DNA of 64,000 bases from a virus (Duplodnaviria; Caudoviricetes), in the IMG/VR virus record IMGVR_UViG_3300014205_000174. The stretch is one strand, 5' to 3'. Positions 21,344 to 31,612 of this stretch are shown one piece after another. Under the pieces are notes generated by a model. It was given only the letters and a program-made list of their open reading frames with translations. It had not been told where the DNA came from and made no database searches. Every line of letters starts with the position of its first letter. The first letter of the stretch is position 1. Position numbers and translations under genes: made by a program.

Positions 21344-22332
21344 TACTTTACATTAATAAGTTTTAATATTTCTTCTATCCTGTTCAGATAAGTGTGGTGC
21401 GTTTTGACATAATTTATCTGTTCTGAAAGCAAATCATTGTGTTTATCTGAAAAGATAGCCTGTCTCCCAAGGTCAAACAATGCACTTTCATCATTTGAAT
21501 AAATCACTAAATCACCAAATATCATTTTTATTTCCGCTGAATTTGTTATACCTAAATTCCCATAACTAATGTTTTTGAAAATCCTGCATGGTACATATCC
21601 GTTTTCTTTTTGCCAGGTGCCTACTATAGCTGGTGCCAGATAGGATTCGCTTATCAAGCTCATATTTTCTTCTTCGCTGACATTGGCGTGATGCTTGAAT
21701 TCTATCCCATTATTATTACAAGCATCAATAAATGGCTGTAATTCATTTCTGTTACCAAATAAACCGTCACCGATGGTGCCAATCCAATTACTGATATTTT
21801 TTTTGCTCTGCCATGGCCTTGTGTTTATCTGGTGCGGCAAAAGATTTGTAGCCCATGGCATATATAAAGTAGTCCTCGGTATTGATTCATATTCCGGATT
21901 CCTGATAGTTTCATATACCCCACTCCTGTCTATATAGACGTAGTTGTTTATTTTTTCTATACCTTCTATTTTTGGCGTTTTATTCGAATATGTCTGTAAA
22001 GTGATAGAGGTATCTTTTACAGCATCGTATTTTTTATCATAGCAATTGTGGAGTATATAATGGCAATCTTGTCTTATCGGTATGTTTTTATCCACCTGCC
22101 CCTCTGTAATAAAAAGTGAATTTTCGAAATCAAACGACTCAGATAGGGCCGGCGAATCTTCCGGGCGCTCTATTGTTTGTTGCGCCTGAGCATCTATAAC
22201 CATATCACTATCATCAAACCAGTGTACTTCGTAGCCCAAATATTCAAATGCTTTGTAAAATGCACTATGCACATACGAACTCGTATGCGAATGCAGCTTA
22301 TGGCCCCAGATAATTACTTTTTTAAATGTCAT
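21343..22332 (-). CDS. putative GT-B glycosyltransferase (CgeB-like C-terminus)
   Basis: PCRIFKNISYG...HTYLNRI; paralogue of 28045-28959. Confidence 0.65.
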   Translation of the reverse strand: MTFKKVIIWGHKLHSHTSSYVHSAFYKAFEYLGYEVHWFDDSDMVIDAQAQQTIERPEDSPALSESFDFENSLFITEGQVDKNIPIRQDCHYILHNCYDKKYDAVKDTSITLQTYSNKTPKIEGIEKINNYVYIDRSGVYETIRNPEYESIPRTTLYMPWATNLLPHQINTRPWQSKKNISNWIGTIGDGLFGNRNELQPFIDACNNNGIEFKHHANVSEEENMSLISESYLAPAIVGTWQKENGYVPCRIFKNISYGNLGITNSAEIKMIFGDLVIYSNDESALFDLGRQAIFSDKHNDLLSEQINYVKTHHTYLNRIEEILKLINVK

Positions 22333-22997
22333 ATACCTTCTATTTTATATTGTTCACTTAGTACTATATAACCAAATATTCGCTCCAGGGCATGTATCTT
22401 ACCACCGTTTGAATAGGGCTCCAGCTCTTCGACTATCATCAATATATCTACGTCTTCAAATACTTTTTTATATATTGATGACCTGACAAAAAACATAGTG
22501 CCGCCTATGAAGCCGAAGGAATTAGTCTCGAAATTGTTTAGCTTCAGTATATCACAATAATAATCGCAATAATGAATAGGGTTGCCGTGCTCAACGCCGG
22601 GGTACAGGTTCCATTCCTTAACGCCGACCATGCCGGTCTTTTCGTTCCTGAATGCTTCTTCAACAAGAGGATACTTCTGCGGCGATATGATGCTTGAAAA
22701 CAAAGCCCTCAGCGTATCATCTTTCTTTGTTTGTATGAAAGCAATAAACTCTTCATTATGGCCGTGTTTCAGCCAATAATTCAGGGTTCTCAGTTGCCCG
22801 CCGCAATCCATCCCCTGGTTGGGCGATATGTTGATTATTGCGCCGGGAAATTCCGATAATATTTTGTTTGCCAAATGGTCGCTAACACCATCAACCAGGT
22901 TAACGTAAAGATTAAAAGCAAAGGGTGCTTTTTTAAACCGCTCAATCATATCATCGCATAAAAATGGATAATAGATATGTGCAAAAAGTGCTATCAT
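22329..22997 (-). CDS. rhamnan synthesis F (RgpF)-like protein
   Basis: HIYYP, NQGMD, QTKK, FIGGTMFFVR, HALERIFG. Confidence 0.75.
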   Translation of the reverse strand: MIALFAHIYYPFLCDDMIERFKKAPFAFNLYVNLVDGVSDHLANKILSEFPGAIINISPNQGMDCGGQLRTLNYWLKHGHNEEFIAFIQTKKDDTLRALFSSIISPQKYPLVEEAFRNEKTGMVGVKEWNLYPGVEHGNPIHYCDYYCDILKLNNFETNSFGFIGGTMFFVRSSIYKKVFEDVDILMIVEELEPYSNGGKIHALERIFGYIVLSEQYKIEGI

Positions 22998-23596
22998 GAG
23001 AATTTGCTTATTATTTGGTCAGGATACAAATTATTGCCGCCTTTTATTTTTTCAATGTCCGGGATTACAAAATCCTTATGCACCCACCAATCTTCAAAAG
23101 AGCAATCCGGTTTTGTATCATGCGTTATAGGAACCAGCACATCTTCAAACAACAATATATAGCCAGAAGCAGCAAGCAGCTTGCGCTGGGCATCCCTGTA
23201 TATGCCCCCATGTATGTAATAGTCATGCTCAATAGTTATTACATTGAACCTGTAATCATCCAAAGGTAGCCTTTCAAGAACTATGGTACTCAGATGGTCT
23301 ATATCAAGTGATAAATAATCTATGGTTTTGGGGGCGTTACTTTCTGCCAGTATGTGGCTATAATCCAATTTCGTTGCATCATCATTGATGTATTTGCATG
23401 TCCTTTTGCTATAACTATTATTATGAGCACCGTCTATTTCTATGCATATGCCCTTCCAGCCAAGGCCTTCAAAACAGAAGGTATTGTTGGTGGATATTGC
23501 ATCGCAGCTCCCAATATCCAAATAATAGCCGTCTCTCTTGAATTTGGTTATATTAGCTACAAACCTGTCCTGTAAAGCCTGTGATTGATAATTCAT
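22994..23596 (-). CDS. FkbM-family methyltransferase
   Basis: SQALQD, YLDIGS.D...NT, GWKGICIE, IDYLSLDID, ITIEH. Confidence 0.8.
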   Translation of the reverse strand: MNYQSQALQDRFVANITKFKRDGYYLDIGSCDAISTNNTFCFEGLGWKGICIEIDGAHNNSYSKRTCKYINDDATKLDYSHILAESNAPKTIDYLSLDIDHLSTIVLERLPLDDYRFNVITIEHDYYIHGGIYRDAQRKLLAASGYILLFEDVLVPITHDTKPDCSFEDWWVHKDFVIPDIEKIKGGNNLYPDQIISKFS

Positions 23597-24348
23597 AATT
23601 CCATTTGGCGGTTTAAAATTGTCAGCAATTGGTGTTTCTTTAAATTATATAAATCCTTGTCAGTACGCGCCCAGTTAGACCCGTTCCTGAAATGAATTAA
23701 AAAATCTTCACAAAGCTGGAACGGGTCTGCTTCGTTATATTGACCAGCTATTTGTTCTGTCAAAATATCCATATTGCCATGCTCCTGAGCTATGTTCACC
23801 AGGTTAAATGCCTTTATTTTAAGCTCGGGGTGCGCGGCAATATAATGATACCAGTTGCCACCCGAATCGCAGTCCGTGCCATATATTTTTTCTCCAACAA
23901 AATCAACAGTTTGCCGGTCTTTAAGTGTATTATTGATAATCATAAACCCCGGATGGAAGTATTGTATTTCTTCGCCACCCTGCCCAATCCTCGCCTGCAT
24001 GATACCACTAATGTCATGTTGCAAATCACAGCAAAATTCTTTAATCGGAAACATATCGTGGTCAATGATGATGTTTATGTCGTTGCTGCCTGCAATATAA
24101 TTTTTCCATATCCAATTAAGGGCCGTCTGGTGTGCATGGCCGCCTTGCCTGAAATCTGTTGGTGGAACCAGGTAATCAATACCAAGCTCTCTGGCCTTCC
24201 GCTCTATTGCTTCTTTTTCGGAAATATTATCAAAGGCATTATTGACACATATCAGCTTGTGCTCTTCCTTTAAAAATCTGCCGAAGGTCACAAATTGATA
24301 GTGCAGAAAATCAGCGTCATTAAATTGTATAGTGTAGATGTTCACCAT
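23593..24348 (-). CDS. putative GT-A glycosyltransferase
   Basis: IIDHDMF (DxD); lies in the glycan cluster. Confidence 0.55.
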   Translation of the reverse strand: MVNIYTIQFNDADFLHYQFVTFGRFLKEEHKLICVNNAFDNISEKEAIERKARELGIDYLVPPTDFRQGGHAHQTALNWIWKNYIAGSNDINIIIDHDMFPIKEFCCDLQHDISGIMQARIGQGGEEIQYFHPGFMIINNTLKDRQTVDFVGEKIYGTDCDSGGNWYHYIAAHPELKIKAFNLVNIAQEHGNMDILTEQIAGQYNEADPFQLCEDFLIHFRNGSNWARTDKDLYNLKKHQLLTILNRQMEL

Positions 24349-24983
24349 CAGGTATAAATTATTTTAGTTTTAAACAATTCACGGTGCAGGGCTGTTTTTT
24401 TATTGCTTATAAAGTCCTTATGAAACAACTCTAAATTCTCCTGCTCAAAATAGATACTGTCTATCTGGGATTTGAAAGAGGCCCGAAGTGTATTTATTTT
24501 TTCAGCATAGTAGCCGTCTATATCGATAAACACATCCGGCACCCAACTATGTAAAGAGCTTGATGTCCTGTATTCAAACACGGATATGGGCTTATTCCTC
24601 ACTAATGCCATAGAGGTATCATTTACAAGCCGGTGCTCGTAGTGTGAATCTTCACCGGACGGCACAAATATCGCATCGTATTTGTGTTTTCTTATTGTTA
24701 TGTTTTCAATAAGTGTTATTAGCTGCGCCTGATTCAGATTATCAAGCGACATGTTTTCCGGCATAATAAGGTTTATGTTTTTCATCCCGGATGTTTCCCA
24801 GAATAGCTGGACTTCTTTAATCCGTTCGTATGATGAGCTTATATCCGTAGACGTTCCGCAAGACAAACAAAATATATCAAAGGCTGTGCCCTTAAACCTG
24901 TTGATGGTGCCGGACATAGAATATTCCACGTCATCCGGATGTGGTGACAAACAAAGTACCCTATCAAACCCAAATAGTTTCAT
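24348..24983 (-). CDS. PIG-L/LmbE family deacetylase
   Basis: SPHPDDVE, DSHYEH. Confidence 0.88.
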   Translation of the reverse strand: MKLFGFDRVLCLSPHPDDVEYSMSGTINRFKGTAFDIFCLSCGTSTDISSSYERIKEVQLFWETSGMKNINLIMPENMSLDNLNQAQLITLIENITIRKHKYDAIFVPSGEDSHYEHRLVNDTSMALVRNKPISVFEYRTSSSLHSWVPDVFIDIDGYYAEKINTLRASFKSQIDSIYFEQENLELFHKDFISNKKTALHRELFKTKIIYT

Positions 24984-24988
24984 TATGC

Positions 24989-25834
24989 CTATTTTCTGTT
25001 TAAGTTAAAAATAAACCCCTGGGGGGCATAAATCCTGATACCGTATCTCCTTAAAAAATCCCTGAAAGCATCAGTCACCTTATCATGATTGCCAGAATAG
25101 GTAAACTTTTCTATATCTACAGTAAGTTCATTTATTCTTATAACCGGATACTGAAAATCAATTACACATTCGGCATCATAAAAGCACATCAGCTCTTTGA
25201 ATTCCTGAACAATTTTACTGCTTATTCCTATTTTTTCATGCAGTGTCGGTTCTTCAATAAGCCTGATAAGTTTTGCCGGCGTACCGCCATAGATACCGCT
25301 TGCTGTTATATTTTTTACGACTGTTGCATTTGCGCCAATAACCACGTTATCCGTTATCTGCACTCCTGCCATCACCGTAGATTTCCAGCCCAGTATGACG
25401 TTATTGCCAAGCTTAATGCCCTCAAAGATAGCCGGATACCCTTGCAGGACGGAGTACCAGAACCCGTGTGTGATTAAATCTACATCGTGCGATAGCCCTA
25501 CATCATTACCTATTTCTACACCCCTGGCTAGATTTATCTGACCGGTATGGCATACGCACCTGTCTCCAATAGTTAACCTTGAAAATGGAAGGTTACTGCC
25601 GCCGCCGCCGATGTTCATACCGCCGTTATCTGTTGGCTTATTGTAAAAATAATCCCCAATAGTTAACTGTTCGCAATTTGCCTTAAACCTATCCCCGATA
25701 TAGCTATTGTGGCCTATCGAAAACAATCCCCGCACTTTGATATTTATATCAGTACCAAACTTTACATTGTTGCCTATGTTTATTTCATCGGCTTCAATGT
25801 TTACATTTTTTTCAGGTATAGTATACGTTTTCAT
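24989..25834 (-). CDS. hexapeptide-repeat acyltransferase
   Basis: Left-handed beta-helix repeats, VIGANATV, YGGTPAK. Confidence 0.88.
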   Translation of the reverse strand: MKTYTIPEKNVNIEADEINIGNNVKFGTDINIKVRGLFSIGHNSYIGDRFKANCEQLTIGDYFYNKPTDNGGMNIGGGGSNLPFSRLTIGDRCVCHTGQINLARGVEIGNDVGLSHDVDLITHGFWYSVLQGYPAIFEGIKLGNNVILGWKSTVMAGVQITDNVVIGANATVVKNITASGIYGGTPAKLIRLIEEPTLHEKIGISSKIVQEFKELMCFYDAECVIDFQYPVIRINELTVDIEKFTYSGNHDKVTDAFRDFLRRYGIRIYAPQGFIFNLNRK

Positions 25835-26478
25835 AATCCGCCGCTTATTTCTATGTTTTGACCAGTGATGTATTCGTTGTTGATAAGGTATTCTATGGTT
25901 GAATACAGTTCAGTTATCTCACCGAAACGCTTCAACGGTATTGAATCTTTTATGGCGTCCCTGTTCTGCGGTGACATGCTGTTACACATGCCGCCCCCAA
26001 AATAACCAAGCTGAATGCTGTTGCAGGTAATCCCTTTGGCAATATTTTCCGCACTGGCCGTTTTTATAATATTATCTATGAAAGCTTTAGAAGCGCTATA
26101 TACCGATGTGCCAACCACCGTCTTCCTGGCAAGTACTGAGGATACCAGTATTATCCTTCCGTAATTCTGTTGCCGCATTTTTTTCAGTGCACAAGCGATG
26201 ATATTTAAAGAACCGATAGCATTGACATTGATTACCTTAAGTATATTTTCTATGTTCTCCTGCCCGATTTTATGCAGAAAAGAATCATGATTAAATCCGG
26301 CAAGCCCTATAACAACTCCGGGGTTCGTAGTTGCGAAAAAATCCGCTACTTCTTTAAATTTTGTCACATCAACCTGTTGTGATGATGGGCAGACAACATC
26401 ATATTTGCCCGCCATCAGCTTTACAAGCTCTGTCCCAAGCCCGCCGGAGCCACCGAATACTACTGTTTTATTATCCAT
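25831..26478 (-). CDS. short-chain dehydrogenase/reductase (FabG-like)
   Basis: GGSGGLG, YSASK, IPLKRFG, YITGQ. Confidence 0.88.
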   Translation of the reverse strand: MDNKTVVFGGSGGLGTELVKLMAGKYDVVCPSSQQVDVTKFKEVADFFATTNPGVVIGLAGFNHDSFLHKIGQENIENILKVINVNAIGSLNIIACALKKMRQQNYGRIILVSSVLARKTVVGTSVYSASKAFIDNIIKTASAENIAKGITCNSIQLGYFGGGMCNSMSPQNRDAIKDSIPLKRFGEITELYSTIEYLINNEYITGQNIEISGGL

Positions 26479-27448
26479 TTAGGCAACTAAAATTATTATT
26501 AAAAATCATTTCTATCAAGTCATCCTTTCTCAGGCGTGCATTATATTCCGGGCCGCCCGTATCAGGGCAGGCATTAATCATCCAATATTTTGCTTTTTCA
26601 ATATCTATATCGCACCCATGGCCAAACTGGTACATCCATGATAGGTACAGCGAATTTAAACAAAAATCATTTGGATTTTTATCACTGTTCAGAAAAAAGT
26701 CAAAAGTATCTTTTGGGGACTTCATAAACATACCCAGAAACCCTTTTATGAATGACCCACCACAACTGCCTACAGAGCTGTCTTTGTTGGCGTAGATGAG
26801 ATTGCCTTCCGTTGGGTTCAGGAAGTCTATATACCAGTCAAGATGCCTTGCTGCATACGGAGCCATTACCCTTATAGTGCTCATTTGCAGCCTTTTAAAT
26901 TCAGGGCTTCTTGGAAACAATACAAACGTAGTGTCTATAGCATCAGAGGAATAAAATATATCATCCCTGTGATGCGTCATCCTGCGTTTATATAAAATCC
27001 TGCTTTCGGTTATCATCATACGCGACCTCAGTGCGTAATTTTCAGGAATATTTATGGCATAATGCGGGCCAACAGCATAATTATACCTGTCACACAATTC
27101 AATGAAGACCTCCAGTGTGTCGTGTTTAGCTATATCCATACAACAGTCACAATCAGATACAACAAAATAAGGTGTGCTATGATTGTCGAAATAATTTTTA
27201 ACCGCATTATTTATATTCTGCGTCAATTCATCCATTGTGAAAATCTTGGGGCCGGTAAATATTTTATATTCTTTCCCAAGCTCTTCAAGCAGCGCTACGC
27301 ATTTTTCATTATCAGTACCGTTATCAACTATTACCACATCATAGTCACCGGTAAAATGCTTATAGGATTCCAGTGTTTCGCTTAAAACTTCCAGTCTGTT
27401 AAATGTCACAACAAAAATGGCGACTCTTGGATTGCTTGGATTAAACAT
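26471..27448 (-). CDS. GT2-family glycosyltransferase
   Basis: VVTFNR, IVDNGT, VSDCD, IDTTF, ARHLDWY. Confidence 0.8.
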   Translation of the reverse strand: MFNPSNPRVAIFVVTFNRLEVLSETLESYKHFTGDYDVVIVDNGTDNEKCVALLEELGKEYKIFTGPKIFTMDELTQNINNAVKNYFDNHSTPYFVVSDCDCCMDIAKHDTLEVFIELCDRYNYAVGPHYAINIPENYALRSRMMITESRILYKRRMTHHRDDIFYSSDAIDTTFVLFPRSPEFKRLQMSTIRVMAPYAARHLDWYIDFLNPTEGNLIYANKDSSVGSCGGSFIKGFLGMFMKSPKDTFDFFLNSDKNPNDFCLNSLYLSWMYQFGHGCDIDIEKAKYWMINACPDTGGPEYNARLRKDDLIEMIFNNNFSCLNG

Positions 27449-27503
27449 GCTTTGGTTTTATTTTGGTTTTTAAAGAAGATGTTGACGATAAACAGATTTC
27501 AAG

Positions 27504-28034
27504 TTATTTTCTGAATATTAAAATCCGGTTATCATCCACATTATCGTATGGGCAAAATTTAACCAATGTATATGGGATACCAAGCGCATCAAAATGTGGC
27601 CGCTGTCCAGTCACAACGTCTTCAACAACCAGGATACCGCCCGGAACCATTCTTGGGTATACCATTTTGACAAAATCCACCTGCCTGAGCACATCATGCG
27701 GGCCGTCATCAATAGCTATGGTGAGTTCAGGTAATTCATCTGGATTAATATTATAAAAGTCCTTGACAATTACTGTCGCCCTGTCAAATTTTATTTCAGG
27801 GGGGACTATATCATACCCTATGATATTTGCATTAACGAAGTAGTCCTCAAATAATTTGATTGACCCGCCTTTCGCAGTGCCAACCTCCAGGATATTTATG
27901 GGGCTATTCTCCCATTTACTAAATAGCTCACCATATGTTGTTAAGTAATTATGGTGCGTGTCTTTGTCTGTTGGATAATAACCGAATCCCTTTGACCAAA
28001 ATAATTCTTTTAAACTCATGCTATTTTTTCCCAT
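27504..28034 (-). CDS. class I SAM-dependent methyltransferase
   Basis: TDK..HNY, LEVGT..GGS, IDDGPH, GGILVVEDV. Confidence 0.85.
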   Translation of the reverse strand: MGKNSMSLKELFWSKGFGYYPTDKDTHHNYLTTYGELFSKWENSPINILEVGTAKGGSIKLFEDYFVNANIIGYDIVPPEIKFDRATVIVKDFYNINPDELPELTIAIDDGPHDVLRQVDFVKMVYPRMVPGGILVVEDVVTGQRPHFDALGIPYTLVKFCPYDNVDDNRILIFRK

Positions 28035-28044
28035 TTTTTTATTT

Positions 28045-28959
28045 TTAAGGTAAGTATTCAAAAATAAGATTTATCCTGTTTATGTAAGTGTGATTGTTTT
28101 TTACTTCCTCCATTGCAGACAATATGTTTTCATTGACACTATCGCTATTAGCTGCCTCGATTGATTTATTGAATAAGTCAATGCTGTCTGGTGCATAAAT
28201 TATCTGGCCATCAAATATTCCATCGACGGTCTTACTGTTTGTTATACCAAGATTGCCATAGCTTATATTCTTAAAAATCCTGCACGTCACGTACTGATTG
28301 GTAACCTGCCATTCACCCTGAATAGTTGGCGCTAATTTTGAAGACCTGACCAAATCATAATTTTCTTCAAATGATACAGGCGAGCCCCACGGGTCAATTT
28401 TTATAACAGGAATACCCTTTGCAGTACACTGGTCAAAAAATGGCTGTAACTGTCTGCCATTCTGGAATGTTCCTGTGAAATCACCAAAAGTTCCTATCCA
28501 CACACACTGGTTAAATCTTGTTTTTGGTAAATCAAAATTAAATTCTCCCGGCAATAAGTTTGTTGCCCAGGGCATAAATACTATATCAGAGATTTCACCC
28601 TTCAGGTATCCGGTACAATTACTAAGCTTGATTATATTGTCGTAGGCGAATACATCCTTATTAAAAGTCTGTATTGAAAGTACTTTACAGCCCGCATCAA
28701 TATACTTTGCCGGATTTATATTATGCAAAATATATCGTGATGTTTTGTTAAGGGGGATATTTCGCTCCTGCCCTTCGAATGCAAAAAACAAACAGTCATT
28801 GAAATTTTCCGCACTATGGTCTTCCTCATCGAAATACCATTTCGCATCATAACCCATATGCTCAAATGCCTTTTTGAACCCGGCATAAATGAATGAATTA
28901 GTGTGCGAGTATAGTTTATAGCCCCACAGTATAATTTTATTGAATTTTCGCATTATCAA
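28045..28959 (-). CDS. putative GT-B glycosyltransferase
   Basis: Paralogue of 21343-22332 (WG.KL.SHT, MPWATNLLP, CRIFKNISYG, HTY.NRI). Confidence 0.65.
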   Translation of the reverse strand: MIMRKFNKIILWGYKLYSHTNSFIYAGFKKAFEHMGYDAKWYFDEEDHSAENFNDCLFFAFEGQERNIPLNKTSRYILHNINPAKYIDAGCKVLSIQTFNKDVFAYDNIIKLSNCTGYLKGEISDIVFMPWATNLLPGEFNFDLPKTRFNQCVWIGTFGDFTGTFQNGRQLQPFFDQCTAKGIPVIKIDPWGSPVSFEENYDLVRSSKLAPTIQGEWQVTNQYVTCRIFKNISYGNLGITNSKTVDGIFDGQIIYAPDSIDLFNKSIEAANSDSVNENILSAMEEVKNNHTYINRINLIFEYLP

Positions 28960-29561
28960 CCTTTTGTTTTTAAACTACTTAATCTGTAATAAAATAAAAT
29001 TTCTGGCAGTATTTTAAATGAAGCCTTTTTTTCCCTGATTCTTTTCCACAATGCAAAATCATCTTTCGGTATTTCATGTGACTTTAATTTATCGCGATAT
29101 TCCAGAAACTTTTTCGTATATCCACAAGCAGGATGCGCTATTATATTGTGATTTTTAGCAAACTCCGTGTCTATATTTAATAAATGAAATGCTGTACAAT
29201 AATCACTATCCAGTATTTGGTAATTACCGGATATTATTGGTATGTTAGCATCAAAAGCTTTTATTTGCAAATCAACTCTTTCGGGAAAATAAACATCATC
29301 AACATTACTATTCAATACAAAATCATAACCCATTCTGAATGCTATATCAACCAGCCGATTATGGGCCTGCGCATGGTCTGTTAGATATACAGAGCTAAAT
29401 ATAGAATTTTCAAAAATCCGCTCTTTACCACCACCATAATTCAACTCTAATATATCAAAATTAGTATACGTTTGGCTAAGTATCGATTTCTTATACGAAT
29501 ATATCCAATCTTCTGGATATCTGTTTATATTTTTATGAAACGATATTATGGCTGTTTTCAT
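28956..29561 (-). CDS. putative GT2-like glycosyltransferase
   Basis: SILSQTY.NF, NVDD, DDFALW, EILFYYR. Confidence 0.65.
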   Translation of the reverse strand: MKTAIISFHKNINRYPEDWIYSYKKSILSQTYTNFDILELNYGGGKERIFENSIFSSVYLTDHAQAHNRLVDIAFRMGYDFVLNSNVDDVYFPERVDLQIKAFDANIPIISGNYQILDSDYCTAFHLLNIDTEFAKNHNIIAHPACGYTKKFLEYRDKLKSHEIPKDDFALWKRIREKKASFKILPEILFYYRLSSLKTKG

Positions 29562-30316
29562 TTACGCATTTCTTCATGATTCTTACTCAATAAAAGTATC
29601 TTGCATTCATATCCTACACCATTCCATAAACTATATATATGTGGGTTGTTTTCTGGATAATGATACCCTGGACTAAGCACAACACTTGGTGGATTGTCTA
29701 TCATATATTTGTTCATCATCGATTCATCATGCCATACGGGTATTATACCATTTGATTCATCAATATCTATTAACCTACTACACTCGGCAGACATTTTGAA
29801 AAACTCATTATTGCTGAATGAATAAAAGCCACCTCCGAAATAATTCCTTTCCGTTCCTGGCACAACATACGCCTTTGATTCAGGTCTTGTTTCAAAAGAC
29901 CCCATGTTATTTACAAAACCACAATGCTGCACTACGGTTCTTTCACTTAAAACCTCAGTCCCTACCGGACTTTTTATTAATGTATCCGCATCTATATAAA
30001 TTATCTGATTCTGGGTTAGGCTTTCTTTGTATTTATTAAAATAGTGGAATCTATATAAGGTGGGGTATGGGAAAGGTTTATGCGCTACATTATGAAATGA
30101 ATAGTTATCTCCTATGCCATCTACGACCCATGATTTATCGCTAAATATGTGATAATGCTTTTTATTGTTTGGCAGGAAATATTTTTCTATAGAATTTATC
30201 AAGGGCTGTATATATATACTGTATTTCCCGGTAGCAACCAACACAAATCCTATAGATATATTATACTTATCGACCTTTTCTTCCCTTTCGTCAACAAGAG
30301 GATAATAATTATGCAT
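29558..30316 (-). CDS. GT6-family (ABO-like alpha-1,3-Gal/GalNAc) glycosyltransferase
   Basis: VATGKY, YIDAD, YFGGGF, WHDESMMNKY, LSPGY.YPE, K.H. Confidence 0.88.
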   Translation of the reverse strand: MHNYYPLVDEREEKVDKYNISIGFVLVATGKYSIYIQPLINSIEKYFLPNNKKHYHIFSDKSWVVDGIGDNYSFHNVAHKPFPYPTLYRFHYFNKYKESLTQNQIIYIDADTLIKSPVGTEVLSERTVVQHCGFVNNMGSFETRPESKAYVVPGTERNYFGGGFYSFSNNEFFKMSAECSRLIDIDESNGIIPVWHDESMMNKYMIDNPPSVVLSPGYHYPENNPHIYSLWNGVGYECKILLLSKNHEEMRK

Positions 30317-30356
30317 GTAGCGTGTTTTTTAGCGTTCTTCGGTAATTAAGGTAAAG

Positions 30357-30728
30357 TTAGTTTATGTGTTTTTTGCGTTCTTCCATCATTGCTTTGGCCG
30401 CCTTCCATGAATGCGCAACTATTTGGTCTGCCGTCAGTTTAGCGGCCAGTTTGTTAGCAAACATGCCTCGCATTGCATGTGCCGCCACAAAATCTAATGG
30501 CGTTATCCCAACATATCCACCGAAATGTAAATCTACTAATTCCCGCTCCGCCATCATTTTGTCGGCAACAGTATATGAATGCTTTACTATTTCCTGCATT
30601 TCTAATTCGTCGGCGCGGTTATTAGCGAACATACCGTCCATTGCGTGCGTTGCAAAGAAATCAAGTATCGACATGTAATCCCCGATGTTTGCCCAGTGCA
30701 TACCTCCGCCTGTTTTTTCTTTATTCAT
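30357..30728 (-). CDS. phage protein with tandem LDFxAxHAM.GMFAN...A..MM.ER repeats
   Basis: Two internal repeats visible in the translation. Confidence 0.7.
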   Translation of the reverse strand: MNKEKTGGGMHWANIGDYMSILDFFATHAMDGMFANNRADELEMQEIVKHSYTVADKMMAERELVDLHFGGYVGITPLDFVAAHAMRGMFANKLAAKLTADQIVAHSWKAAKAMMEERKKHIN

Positions 30729-31093
30729 AAAAAATATGTTATCGCAATGTAATTGCAAATCAAATGAAAAATATTGTCAACAATAATAAACAGCCAAGTA
30801 GACATCCAGACAGGCTTTGCATCACTGTATCCGTAATTACCACTACTCCAATTCCAGTTTACAAGTTTTATCCAGTATATAGGCAGCCTGTATTTGTCAA
30901 TGAGGAAGTGAGTACCGAAAATGATTGATGCAGCAGGTAATGATTGATAATAAAGTGCAAATGGTAGCGTGTAAGCCATGCAATGTACCATGCATGCAAT
31001 ATACCCACGCTCTGATTTTTGCGCTTTATTTACGGCCATCCAGTCATTCTGGAATAAGTAATCACCAATAAGATGCAGTAGTATCTGTATCAT
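30725..31093 (-). CDS. DUF3307 family membrane protein
   Basis: HLIGDYLFQ.DWMA..K, THFLID, DNIFH. Confidence 0.85.
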   Translation of the reverse strand: MIQILLHLIGDYLFQNDWMAVNKAQKSERGYIACMVHCMAYTLPFALYYQSLPAASIIFGTHFLIDKYRLPIYWIKLVNWNWSSGNYGYSDAKPVWMSTWLFIIVDNIFHLICNYIAITYFL

Positions 31094-31095
31094 AG

Positions 31096-31610
31096 TTACA
31101 AACCGAGTTTATATACCCATACGTTATGAAAATTGTCCATGAATTTCCTGCCATATCCGTACCTGCCGGTAAACAACCACCTTGCAGGAAGTACAATCAA
31201 TAACGATATCAGCCAGTAGATAAAGAAAAACAGCAACGTCAGTCTCCATGCAGGGTATTTCTGCGCCTCTTTTTCTTCGTAAAAGTAAAAAGGAGCCGAC
31301 CTGACCACCTCGTCGTTTTTCATTTTCTCTTTTTGATATGGCGTCAGGTCTAGGCTTTCGGCTAGCCATTTTTCGACATTGCCATCCCAGGCCTTCTTTA
31401 AGTTTGAAAATCTCATGATTTTGGTTGTTTTACATCTATGGCATTCAAAGTTGATGCTACATAACTCCTAAAAGATAAGCTGGCTCCGGGGCTTATAGCG
31501 CCGAGAATTATATCAACAACGCCTACCAGCACTATTAATGCCGCCAGCAGAAAATATGCCACAAAAAGCAGGGCCGAAATCAATATCATTACTTTCAGAA
31601 ATCCTTCCAT
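31096..31610 (-). other. two small membrane-protein genes (31096-31416, 31413-31610)
   Basis: Hydrophobic ORFs in operon. Confidence 0.55.
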
Positions 31611-31612
31611 AA

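Noticed and set aside
25008-25033. Possible self-target of the array 3 spacer TGGACAATAAAACCCCTGGCGG
   Set aside because: Only a gapped ~12-nt similarity outside the guide 5-prime end; no convincing self-target for any spacer was found by eye (a computational search is still needed)
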